Shown: positions 9,775-18,636 of the stretch, one piece after another | How the letters are laid out: every line of letters begins with the position of its first letter | Position numbering within the stretch: the first letter of the stretch is position 1 | Assembly (NCBI GenBank): GCA_965205975.1 | Contig: OZ242195.1 | Span: forward strand, 5,440,001-5,504,000 | Length of the DNA stretch: 64,000 bases | Direction of reading: 5' to 3' | Source: Candidatus Latescibacterota bacterium | GTDB taxonomy: Bacteria; Latescibacterota; UBA2968 | Translations under genes and position numbers: made by a program | Notes under the pieces: generated by a model | Seen by the model: only the letters and a program-made list of their open reading frames with translations | What the model was told of the DNA's origin: nothing | Database searches by the model: none

Positions 9775-9841
9775 AAAAGTTATTGTAGATGTGGGTTGAA
9801 CTGCTGGCGCAGTTGTAAACCGTTCCAAACCCAAATCTACG

Positions 9842-10717
9842 TCAGGTCCAGTACTTATCGTATAGAAGACCGAGTCTTTCTTTTGCCGCGCTGGAAATTG
9901 CATCTGGCGATGTGATAATCGCAAATTGTGCGGCATTGAGACAATCGCAATCCGATGTTCTGGGCAACTGTGCGGTCAATGTACATACAATTTGATTTGC
10001 GTGCTCGGCATTGGCTTTTAACACAGCGACTACGGCTTCTACCGATACATCTTCTTCTGCTTCATGCCAGCAATCGTAATCTGTACCCATAGCCAGCATC
10101 GCATAACACATTTCGGCCTCGCGCGCGAGCTTGGCTTCGGGCAAAGCCGTCATCCCAATCACGGTCGCATTGACTTCTCGACGATAAAAATGGGACTCTG
10201 CGCGCGTGGAGAACTGCGGTCCCTCCATACAGATATACGTTCCGCCATCGTGGGTGGTTACTCCGGAGTTTTTTGCAGCAGCCAGCAGTAAGTCGCGCAA
10301 TTCGCCGCAAAAAGGATCGGCAAAGGCCACATGTCCGGCAATGCCCTTACCAAAAAATGTGCTCGCACGGATGCCGCGGGTGCGATCAAAAATCTGGTCG
10401 GGCACCACCATATCACCCGGTTTTATAGCTTCCCGCATAATTCCCACAGCACTTATCGACAACAGATGCGTCACGCCCATCTGTTTCATGGCATATATAT
10501 TGGCGCGATAGGGCACTTCAGAAGGCAGCAGCACATGTCCGCGTCCATGACGGGGCAGAAAATATACCGATTGGTCGCCTATACGCGTTTCGACAACTGC
10601 ATCTGATGGCTTGCCAAAAGGTGTGGCAAGGCGATGTTCGGCTACGATTTCCACACCTTTCATGTGATAAACACCAGATCCGCCCATAACACCCAGTCGA
10701 ACAATCTGTTCAGGCAT
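9842..10717 (-). CDS. mtnP: S-methyl-5'-thioadenosine phosphorylase
   Basis: GGSG, TPFGKPS, RHGRGH, EGPQFSTRAES, GMT, TDYDCW motifs. Confidence 0.93.
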   Translation of the reverse strand: MPEQIVRLGVMGGSGVYHMKGVEIVAEHRLATPFGKPSDAVVETRIGDQSVYFLPRHGRGHVLLPSEVPYRANIYAMKQMGVTHLLSISAVGIMREAIKPGDMVVPDQIFDRTRGIRASTFFGKGIAGHVAFADPFCGELRDLLLAAAKNSGVTTHDGGTYICMEGPQFSTRAESHFYRREVNATVIGMTALPEAKLAREAEMCYAMLAMGTDYDCWHEAEEDVSVEAVVAVLKANAEHANQIVCTLTAQLPRTSDCDCLNAAQFAIITSPDAISSAAKERLGLLYDKYWT

Positions 10718-11231
10718 CTTCGGCGTCCTGATCTGTGGCGTCATCTTCTATTTTTGGAATATCTTCTTTTACCACATCGAAGGTAGTTATTTGCAATTGG
10801 CCTAAAAAATCAGTCTGAACCTGTACCAGAGCCTTAAACTTGGACAAGAACATATCGCGTTGATTTTGTAACTCTAAAAGCTCTGTGCGGATTTCCTGCA
10901 CCTGTGTGCGTGCTTTTTCAATAGCCCGACTGCTGCGGATTTCCGCTTCTTTCACAATCAGCCGCGCTTCTTTGTGCCCATTTTCCTTGACTTCTTCAGC
11001 CGTTTGTTGAGCAGTTCTGAGCATCTCCTGGAGGGTTTGCTCCATTGACTGATAGTGATGCACTTCTGATTGCAACGCATTGAGAAATTCTTTTAGTTCA
11101 ATATTTTCGGCGTTGAGATGTTCGACTTCTGTCGCCAGCATTTCGAGAAATGCCTGCACTTCTTCTTGATCATAACCGCGAAAAGATTTCTTAAAAATCT
11201 GTTTGCGAATATCTTGTGGTGTGATGTTCAC
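10710..11231 (-). CDS. divIVA: DivIVA-domain coiled-coil protein
   Basis: ITPQDIRKQIFKKSFRGYDQEEV N-terminal DivIVA motif followed by coiled coil. Confidence 0.88.
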   Translation of the reverse strand: MNITPQDIRKQIFKKSFRGYDQEEVQAFLEMLATEVEHLNAENIELKEFLNALQSEVHHYQSMEQTLQEMLRTAQQTAEEVKENGHKEARLIVKEAEIRSSRAIEKARTQVQEIRTELLELQNQRDMFLSKFKALVQVQTDFLGQLQITTFDVVKEDIPKIEDDATDQDAEDA

Positions 11232-11255
11232 AATTTCCCTCCCCCAGGGGCTATT

Positions 11256-11843
11256 TTATAATTCAAATACACTTTGGATAGCACTCTGAACAATTTGTAG
11301 AAGCAAAATTAACAAAATAGGCGACAAATCGAACATGCCCAGCGGAGGGACGATCTGCCTAAAAGGTCCCATAATAGGTTCAGTCAAGCTGTAAAGTGTC
11401 CACATAAACCTGCCCCCGCGCACAAAGGGCAACCAGGAAAATACAATACGCGCGATAATTAAAACCAGCAGGATCGCAACGGCCCCATAGAGCAACCAAC
11501 CGATGACATGCAGGATTTCGCCAGAAGAGATACCCTGTAGCAATCCTATGAGCGCAAGCAGTACATCGCTGGTTAACCATTTAAAAAAAAATGCCCCAAT
11601 CAATGTCGCTATCACCAGAATCAATGGTGCCGCAGCGGTATTTCCCGGCATGTGTTGCGCAATGGGCCACACGAGCGGATCGGTTATGCGCCGAACATAA
11701 TATTGAGACCAGCCAAAAGAATTCATACGCACCAAAATAGCGCGTAATAGCAACAACGCCACCATGCCGACTACCAGTGCAACAAGCATCCAGTCAATGG
11801 CTTGTTGAATTAAAATAATCGCCTGAGCAACCACATCAACCAT
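11256..11843 (-). CDS. yggT: YggT family membrane protein (two YGGT repeats)
   Basis: RITDPL and LTEPIMGPFRQIVPPLGMFDLSP motifs; follows yggS. Confidence 0.88.
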   Translation of the reverse strand: MVDVVAQAIILIQQAIDWMLVALVVGMVALLLLRAILVRMNSFGWSQYYVRRITDPLVWPIAQHMPGNTAAAPLILVIATLIGAFFFKWLTSDVLLALIGLLQGISSGEILHVIGWLLYGAVAILLVLIIARIVFSWLPFVRGGRFMWTLYSLTEPIMGPFRQIVPPLGMFDLSPILLILLLQIVQSAIQSVFEL

Positions 11844-11846
11844 AGT

Positions 11847-12530
11847 TTATACCGTCCGCTGACCAAAAATCGCCGTGCCCACGCGAATCATTGTTGCGCC
11901 TTCTTCAATTGCAACTTCAAAGTCGCTGGTCATCCCCATAGACAGGATAGACACATGGGGCTTGTGAATTGCGATGCGATCCCTGATTTGTCGCAACAAG
12001 ACAAAATTTGGTCGCGCTGTTTCAGGGTCTGGATCAAAGGCACCAATCGTCATTAGCCCTGTCACTGAAATGCCCTGCAGGTCATCAACCTGCTCGATCA
12101 GGTTCAATGCCGCGTTGGGCGATATACCGAACTTCGATGTTTCGCCCGATGTATTTACCTGTACCAATACGCGAACTGGGGTGTTTCTCCGCACAGCCCA
12201 CCGGCTGATTTCTTTCGCCAGGCGCAATGTGTCAACCGAGTGAATCAGGTCGAATAAAGGCAACGCCTGTTTGACTTTGTTGCGCTGTAAGTGTCCAACC
12301 AAATGCCAGGATACGGTGCCTGCTACCTCTGGGACTTTATGCTGCGCCTCTTGCACGCGACTTTCACCTAAAACCCGTGCCCCCGCATCTACGACCTGTT
12401 GCACGACATCGGCAGGCCAGGTCTTTGTTACAACAATCAATTTAACCTCATCTGCCGACCGCCCGGATCGATGGGCTGCCCTATCAATGCGGTCTTGAAC
12501 GCGTTTTAAGTTCTCAGCAATTGCCGACAT
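11847..12530 (-). CDS. yggS: PLP homeostasis protein YggS/PLPBP
   Basis: VVTK, GESRVQE, WHLVGHLQRNK, LSMGMTSDF, RVGTAIFG. Confidence 0.96.
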   Translation of the reverse strand: MSAIAENLKRVQDRIDRAAHRSGRSADEVKLIVVTKTWPADVVQQVVDAGARVLGESRVQEAQHKVPEVAGTVSWHLVGHLQRNKVKQALPLFDLIHSVDTLRLAKEISRWAVRRNTPVRVLVQVNTSGETSKFGISPNAALNLIEQVDDLQGISVTGLMTIGAFDPDPETARPNFVLLRQIRDRIAIHKPHVSILSMGMTSDFEVAIEEGATMIRVGTAIFGQRTV

Positions 12531-12750
12531 AGATTGCGGTCTCAAAATTGATATATAGATTTCATAATTTAGGTAAAAACCAGTGTAATAGCAACAAAAA
12601 CGGCCTGGAATACTGGGGCGAACCGCGTGAGATTTTTAGCTATACAGGCCAAAAAACCGTTGACCCCATACGAGGGATATATGTATTGTAGGCGGTGAGA
12701 AAAAAAAGAAACTCACACAAAGACATAAAGGGGGGCTGGGGCAGGGCGGA

Positions 12751-12775
12751 CTGACAACTGACTACTGACTACTGG
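12751..12775. repeat. Short heptamer tandem repeat (CTGACWA)x3 upstream of the esterase gene
   Basis: ctgacaa ctgacta ctgacta ctgg; 12755-12775 is the exact reverse complement of 23913-23933. Confidence 0.8.
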
Positions 12776-12785
12776 AGTTATTCTT

Positions 12786-14708
12786 ATGCCGCGAAATGGT
12801 TATGGACACATGGTGTTGGATGACTATGTCGCGCGCGTGCGGGCTGTAAATGCCGACCGTGCGAAACGCCTATCATCCATTCGCACAAGAAAAGAAGCTT
12901 TCGCATACCGTGATGAAGTGCGTGAGGCGATTGACAACGCCTATCGCCCCTGGCCGAGCAAAACACCGCTTAATGCGCGTGTCGTCGGTACAATTGAACG
13001 CCGCCATTATCGCATTGAAAAAATCATCTTTGAGAGCCGCCCGGGCTGTTTGGTCACCGCCCACCTTTACGTGCCCGACAAACTCGATGGACCAGCCCCT
13101 GGTATTATTGGCTCTTGTGGTCATGCTGCCGATGGCAAAAATGCATCTCTTTATCAGGCATTTTGTCAGCGTCTGGCGCGCAATGGTTTTGTCGTTTTGA
13201 TCTATGATCCCTTTAATCAGGGCGAACGCGATCAATACTATGCCCTGCACAGTCGCGAGAGTGTGCGGTCTTCAACACATGCTCACAATATGATGGGCAA
13301 ACAACTCGAACTTGTGGGCGAATGGTTTGGCGCGTGGCGAGCGTGGGATGGTATCCGCGCGCTCGACTATTTGCTTACCCGTCCCGAAGTCGATCCCAGG
13401 TGCATCGGGCTTACGGGTAACTCAGGCGGCGGTACTATGACCAGTTGGATATGGCCGGTGGAAGAGCGTTTTACTATGGCTGCTCCCAGTTGTTTTGTCA
13501 CCACTTTTGCCGCCAATCTCGAAAATGAATTGCCCGCCGATTCGGAACAGTATCCGCCGGGCGTGATTGGCGCGGGTCTGGACATGGCTGATTTTTTTAT
13601 TGCCCGAGCACCATCTCCCGTCATTTTGCTCGGTCAAGCCTATTGCTTTTTTGACCGACGCGGTCTCAAACAAGCCTATTCTGAAGTCCGTCGTTTTTAC
13701 GATATCATTGGCGCGCCAGGCAATGCGACTGATATTTTTTTCGGGTCAGAAGGCCACGGTTTTTTTCGAGATAACCAGGAAGCTATGGTGAGGTTTTTTG
13801 CAACGCATGCCGGCATTCAGCAGGTTACCAGTTTGGAAGAGACCGAAGACCTGAGTGATGTCTTAAATGTCACTCCCAAAGGCGAGGTTGTGCCCGAAGG
13901 TGCTACTCCTATTTACGATCTGATTGCCCAAAAAGCAGATGTTCTTGCATCAAAACGCAAAGAGTTGAGGAAAGACGAACTCACCCGTCGTGTGCAAGAC
14001 GTGCTCGACTTGTCTGTCAACCGCGACCTGTCCCACTACCGCTGTCTGCGTGGAACGACGGAAGATGGCGTTCGTCTGGCGCGGTATGCGGTTGAAACGG
14101 AGGGCAATATTCGCGCTATTATGCGGAAACGCCTGTCCAATCCGTCTTATGCGCATACGCTCGATGTCGAGCGCGAAGTTCATCTCTATTTGCCACATGT
14201 TTCTGCGGAAGTGGATCTGATTGAGGATCCTTTTGCAAAAAGGCTGAAAGAACAACACCCGCTCTATGCGCTTGATGTACGCGGTCTGGGGGAATCGCTT
14301 GCCGATGATGAACGCGATTTTTTTCATCCTTATGGCAATGACTATATGTGCAATGGCTATGGTCTGATGCTCGGTCAAAGCTTTCTCGGACGACGGGTTC
14401 ACGATGTGTTATCCACACTCGACCTGCTGGCTTATGAAGGCGCGAAAAAAATCCATCTTTACGGTCGCGGACAAGGTGCGATTCACGCACTGTTTGCCGG
14501 GTTTCTCCATTCCGGAGTGACGACTATAACTCTGAAAAATTATCCGCTGTCCTATCACGCCTGGACACAAACGCCCCTGGTCAGTTGGCCCACTGCCAAT
14601 ATACCTCGGGGCGTTCTCACAGCATTTGATCTGCCCGATCTGATGGATGTCGTGGATAACAAACTCGCGCTCATACAGCCCTGGGAGGCGAATATGTTAG
14701 AAGTGTGA
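12786..14708 (+). CDS. Two-domain alpha/beta hydrolase (acetyl-xylan-esterase-like)
   Basis: FESRPG, QGER, DGIRALDYL, nucleophile GNSGGG; second degenerate domain (DVRGLGES, GRGQG). Confidence 0.85.
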   Translation: MPRNGYGHMVLDDYVARVRAVNADRAKRLSSIRTRKEAFAYRDEVREAIDNAYRPWPSKTPLNARVVGTIERRHYRIEKIIFESRPGCLVTAHLYVPDKLDGPAPGIIGSCGHAADGKNASLYQAFCQRLARNGFVVLIYDPFNQGERDQYYALHSRESVRSSTHAHNMMGKQLELVGEWFGAWRAWDGIRALDYLLTRPEVDPRCIGLTGNSGGGTMTSWIWPVEERFTMAAPSCFVTTFAANLENELPADSEQYPPGVIGAGLDMADFFIARAPSPVILLGQAYCFFDRRGLKQAYSEVRRFYDIIGAPGNATDIFFGSEGHGFFRDNQEAMVRFFATHAGIQQVTSLEETEDLSDVLNVTPKGEVVPEGATPIYDLIAQKADVLASKRKELRKDELTRRVQDVLDLSVNRDLSHYRCLRGTTEDGVRLARYAVETEGNIRAIMRKRLSNPSYAHTLDVEREVHLYLPHVSAEVDLIEDPFAKRLKEQHPLYALDVRGLGESLADDERDFFHPYGNDYMCNGYGLMLGQSFLGRRVHDVLSTLDLLAYEGAKKIHLYGRGQGAIHALFAGFLHSGVTTITLKNYPLSYHAWTQTPLVSWPTANIPRGVLTAFDLPDLMDVVDNKLALIQPWEANMLEV

Positions 14709-14718
14709 AGGATGAAGT

Positions 14719-15477
14719 TTATCCTTCCAGTTGTTCGCGCAAATGGGATTCCATTGTTACAAACTGGGGGTCAGCGCGCAAGGTGTTTTCTCGAGGATGG
14801 GGAAAATTAACTTGCAAGTCTTCCGCGATTTTGCCGGGTCTGGCAGACATGACCACAACGCGGTCGGAGAGAAGCAATGCCTCGGAAATGCTGTGGGTTA
14901 TAAATAAGACAGCAGCACCGGTCGCCTGCCATATTCGCAACAGTTCAATTTGCATTTTTTCCCGCGTCATTTCGTCCAGTGCCCCAAAAGGCTCGTCCAT
15001 AAGCAAAACGGATGGGCGGAAGGTCAAGACTCTGGCAATAGCGACCCGCGATTGCATGCCACCGGATAGTTCGCGCGGATATGCCTGCTCAAATCCAGCC
15101 AATCCGACTATGTCGATCATTTCAGAGACCCGGCTTAAAATTTCTGCGTCTCCAAAGACCTCTGCGGGTAGGCGTACATTTTCTTCAACTGTACGCCAGG
15201 CGAGAAGTGAAGGATGCTGAAACACAAAGCCGACCAACCGTTCGCGCCGCGCGATTTCGGGTATTTTCCCCAGTACGCGAACCGTGCCCTTTGTCGGTGT
15301 TTCCAAATCGCCGACGATCCGCATTAAGCTCGTTTTGCCACATCCCGAGGGTCCGATCATACTGACAAATTCACCCTGCGCTATTTGCAGGGAAATTTGT
15401 GCGAGTGCCTCTACCCGGTTGCTGTCGGTCACAAAAACCTTTTGAATATCCCGCAGTTCAATGGCTAATTCACTCAC
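14719..15477 (-). CDS. ABC transporter ATP-binding protein (NitT/TauT/SsuB type)
   Basis: GPSGCGKT, LSGGMQ, LLMDEPFGALD, ITH; GTG start at 15477 (alternative 15495). Confidence 0.93.
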   Translation of the reverse strand: MSELAIELRDIQKVFVTDSNRVEALAQISLQIAQGEFVSMIGPSGCGKTSLMRIVGDLETPTKGTVRVLGKIPEIARRERLVGFVFQHPSLLAWRTVEENVRLPAEVFGDAEILSRVSEMIDIVGLAGFEQAYPRELSGGMQSRVAIARVLTFRPSVLLMDEPFGALDEMTREKMQIELLRIWQATGAAVLFITHSISEALLLSDRVVVMSARPGKIAEDLQVNFPHPRENTLRADPQFVTMESHLREQLEG

Positions 15478-15491
15478 TTCGCGTCTCACCT

Positions 15492-16973
15492 TCAATATAT
15501 GTTCAAGTGTTTTTCCAGGGTCTTGACTACGGCTTTTAGCGTTTTAATGCGTGCATATAGCTTGCAATTGGACTCTACAATGGTCCACGGTGCGTAATCT
15601 GTATTTGTGCGGTACAACATCTCATCCACAGCGTCGCGATACTGATTCCATTTCTTTCGATTGCGCCAATCCTCATCCGTGATTTTCCATTGTTTAGACG
15701 GTACTTCTTCGCGGTCTTGAAAGCGTTTCAATTGTTCGTCTTTGTCGATATCGATCCAGAATTTGAATAATAAGGTGCCGTAATTTGCCATCTGTTCTTC
15801 CATTTCGTTGATTTCGCGGTACGCGCGCTGCCATTCCTGTTTTGTCGCGAATTCCTCTATGCGCTCGACCAGAACGCGCCCGTACCACGACCGATCAAAG
15901 ATGGCAAAATGGCCGGCTTTGGGCATTTTAATCCAGAACCGCCACAAATAGTGATGTGCCAGCTCAATATCATTGGGCGCGGCGATGGGGAACACGTCGT
16001 ATCCTCGCGGATCCATGCGGCGCACCAGGCGTTTGATATTGCCTCCCTTTCCCGCGGCATCCCAGCCTTCGTACACAATGACCACCGACTGCCTTCGCAA
16101 ATATACTTCGTGCTCAATTTCCCATATTTTATTTTGATAAATGCGGCGCAGGCGATCGTATTCTTTGCGCGTGAGTTCTCTGGACAAATCAGAGGTCTCG
16201 AGCATAGAATGCGGGATTGGGGGCAGGGAAACGGATTTGCCCCGCGTCTTTTTGTTTGAGGATGCCAGTTTTTTTTCGAGGACTTCTATCACTTTTTCAA
16301 ATACTGAAATTGTTGCGAAACGCCAATTTTCAGCCGGTACAATATGCCAGGGGGCATATTCATTGTCTGTACGTGCGATCATTTCTTCGATGGCTCCCCC
16401 ATACCATTCATATTGCTTATTTTTTTTCCAGTCGTAATCTGTCACGCGCCAGGATGTCAGGGGATTTTTTTCGAGTTGCTTAAAACGCTTTTTTTGTTCT
16501 TTGCGCGAAATGTGCAGGAAGAACTTGCTCATTACATGGCCGTCATCTACGAGTTGTCTCTCGAAATTATTCACTTCTTGATACGCCTTATCAACTGGCA
16601 GCTTGTCCATCATCGGATCCATGTCCTCTACAATGAACCGACTGTACCAACTTCTGCTGTAAATTACCAGGCGCCCGCGTTCGGGTATTTTGGTCCAGAA
16701 CTGCCACATATATGGTCGATAAATCTCTTCTTCCTTGGGCATCTGCGTCGAGTGTACCTTGACGCCGCGGGGATCGAGTACTTGTAATAGCTCATTGATC
16801 AGCCGGCCTTTGCCAGAAGCGCCCCAGCCTTCGAATACAATCGTTATGGGCACTTTGTTTTCCAGTGCCTTTCGCTCGAGTTGTCCCATTTTTATTTCGA
16901 GCTTTTCCATGCGGGCGTCGTAGTCAGATTTTTTGATCGTTTGTTTTAGATCAATATCATTCAGCAGTCGCAT
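15492..16973 (-). CDS. pap: Polyphosphate:AMP phosphotransferase (two-domain PPK2, class II)
   Basis: Two PPK2 domains: EGWGASGKG/SRSWY and EGWDAAGKGG/FDRSWY. Confidence 0.92.
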   Translation of the reverse strand: MRLLNDIDLKQTIKKSDYDARMEKLEIKMGQLERKALENKVPITIVFEGWGASGKGRLINELLQVLDPRGVKVHSTQMPKEEEIYRPYMWQFWTKIPERGRLVIYSRSWYSRFIVEDMDPMMDKLPVDKAYQEVNNFERQLVDDGHVMSKFFLHISRKEQKKRFKQLEKNPLTSWRVTDYDWKKNKQYEWYGGAIEEMIARTDNEYAPWHIVPAENWRFATISVFEKVIEVLEKKLASSNKKTRGKSVSLPPIPHSMLETSDLSRELTRKEYDRLRRIYQNKIWEIEHEVYLRRQSVVIVYEGWDAAGKGGNIKRLVRRMDPRGYDVFPIAAPNDIELAHHYLWRFWIKMPKAGHFAIFDRSWYGRVLVERIEEFATKQEWQRAYREINEMEEQMANYGTLLFKFWIDIDKDEQLKRFQDREEVPSKQWKITDEDWRNRKKWNQYRDAVDEMLYRTNTDYAPWTIVESNCKLYARIKTLKAVVKTLEKHLNIY

Positions 16974-16976
16974 ATT

Positions 16977-18101
16977 TTACTCCTTTATCCACGAGCGCGA
17001 GTCGGGCACATCTAACCATATTCCGTCTTGCACAATTGATTGTTGACTGATTAATCCCGGCAAGGTCATGTCCATGGCCTCGTGAATGCCAATTGGACAG
17101 GCAATTTCGCCGTTGATGCTTTGAATAAAATCCATGATCTCGAAATAGTCGCCTCCGCCGTGTCCGGCTTTTAATGCCGCTTCAGAGGGGTTGCGCCACA
17201 TGTCGGGCAAATACTCTTCTTCCAAATTTGTCAAATCCATCCATTCATTTTTTTTGTCGCAGATATCTGCGAGCCATACGCGATTGACACCGCCGCGCAT
17301 GCGCGCCGATTCATAACATCCTTTTGTCCCTTGCAGTTGAAAATTGCCGGTTGCGTGGGGGCGTTCCGATAGCATATCTACCCGGATTTTTACCAGCCCG
17401 CCGCTCGCCATCTGGCACAACATGACGCACGAATCTTGATTTTCATACTGGTCTCCCCGAGGGTCTGTGTAATGGTGTCCGCTGCCCGCACAACACACGC
17501 GCACCACGCGGTCACCCGGCATCCACTGCAAGAGAGGTCCCAGGCTGTGCGTGCAATAGGTTATACCATCAATGCCCGTTTGCCACTTGCGCCGCCATGT
17601 TGTGATTTCATTCAGGGCTTTCAATTCGTGGAGATATTCTCCTTCTCCGTAATATACATCGCCGAACAAACCCCGCCGCACGAGTTCTTTTATCAGGACA
17701 TTGGGGCGGGTGTAGGTGTAATTTTCAGCCATCATATAGATTGCTTTTGACGAAGCAGCGGCATGTACCAGGGCGCGGCATTCCGCTACGGAGACTCCGG
17801 CTGTGACTTCGCTCAAGACGTGGATGTTGCGATGCAGTGCCTCAATTGCTTGCTGAGCGTGAAAGTGCATGGGCGTGCCGATGACGACCGCATCGAGTTC
17901 AGAACGCGCGAGCATGGTTTCGTAATCCGCGTATTTTTCAGACGCTCCCAATCGTTCAGCAGCAGCGTCGAGTTCCTCTTCGCGCACATCGCATACCGCG
18001 TGAATGCGAGCCGTTTCATGCGCTTCAAAAGCGACCCGAAAACTTCCCCCACGCCCAGCAGCCCCCACAATGCCCACGTTTAATTTTTTAGCAATGGCCA
18101 T
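16977..18101 (-). CDS. Gfo/Idh/MocA family oxidoreductase
   Basis: Rossmann VGIVGA; HVLSEV; AENY; GHGGGDY. Confidence 0.88.
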   Translation of the reverse strand: MAIAKKLNVGIVGAAGRGGSFRVAFEAHETARIHAVCDVREEELDAAAERLGASEKYADYETMLARSELDAVVIGTPMHFHAQQAIEALHRNIHVLSEVTAGVSVAECRALVHAAASSKAIYMMAENYTYTRPNVLIKELVRRGLFGDVYYGEGEYLHELKALNEITTWRRKWQTGIDGITYCTHSLGPLLQWMPGDRVVRVCCAGSGHHYTDPRGDQYENQDSCVMLCQMASGGLVKIRVDMLSERPHATGNFQLQGTKGCYESARMRGGVNRVWLADICDKKNEWMDLTNLEEEYLPDMWRNPSEAALKAGHGGGDYFEIMDFIQSINGEIACPIGIHEAMDMTLPGLISQQSIVQDGIWLDVPDSRSWIKE

Positions 18102-18150
18102 GGTTTTACTCTCATGTATCGTTTTTTAAAGTCTATCGGTTTATTTCAGA

Positions 18151-18636
18151 TCATCCCGCGTCTCTCAGCACTCGCGTCAAAGAATCTCCACATCTGATTC
18201 TCTGAACAATTTCCGATTTCCCGCGAAAGCGAACTCGGTTGGACATATTTCTCAGTCGTCTCTGCTCAATTTTCGAAAGCCTACCCGATGCAACAACCGG
18301 AGTAAAATTCATACTTGCGTCAGGTGGAATAATCCGATCAGCGATATTAGCACCACCCTGAAGTTGCTTTGTAACCTCACTTACATCCACATTTCCTTTT
18401 TTTAATTCCATCGGCACAACCCAGTCCTTGTCTGCATCTCGTTCTTTTGCACCAAAAAAGATATAATCACACAGTGTCTGATTGGGTGGTAAATTTAAAT
18501 CTTCACAATCCAAATCAACAATGACGCGCTGACCTCTTATTCCAGCCATAGAAACAGTGCATCCTTCCTTTCTACATCTTTTAACTTGACATTTCTCAGG
18601 GACTTTCACTTGTACCGCTTGTACGGGTTTACTCAT
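18151..18636 (-). CDS. Hypothetical basic protein with PD-(D/E)xK-nuclease-like motif
   Basis: CDYIFF...WVVPMELKKG...QLQGG; start overlaps the stop of the upstream ATPase. Confidence 0.7.
   Translation of the reverse strand: MSKPVQAVQVKVPEKCQVKRCRKEGCTVSMAGIRGQRVIVDLDCEDLNLPPNQTLCDYIFFGAKERDADKDWVVPMELKKGNVDVSEVTKQLQGGANIADRIIPPDASMNFTPVVASGRLSKIEQRRLRNMSNRVRFRGKSEIVQRIRCGDSLTRVLRDAG

Noticed and set aside
14705..15220. 171-aa plus-strand ORF
   Set aside because: Antisense shadow of the ABC ATPase with no motifs of its own
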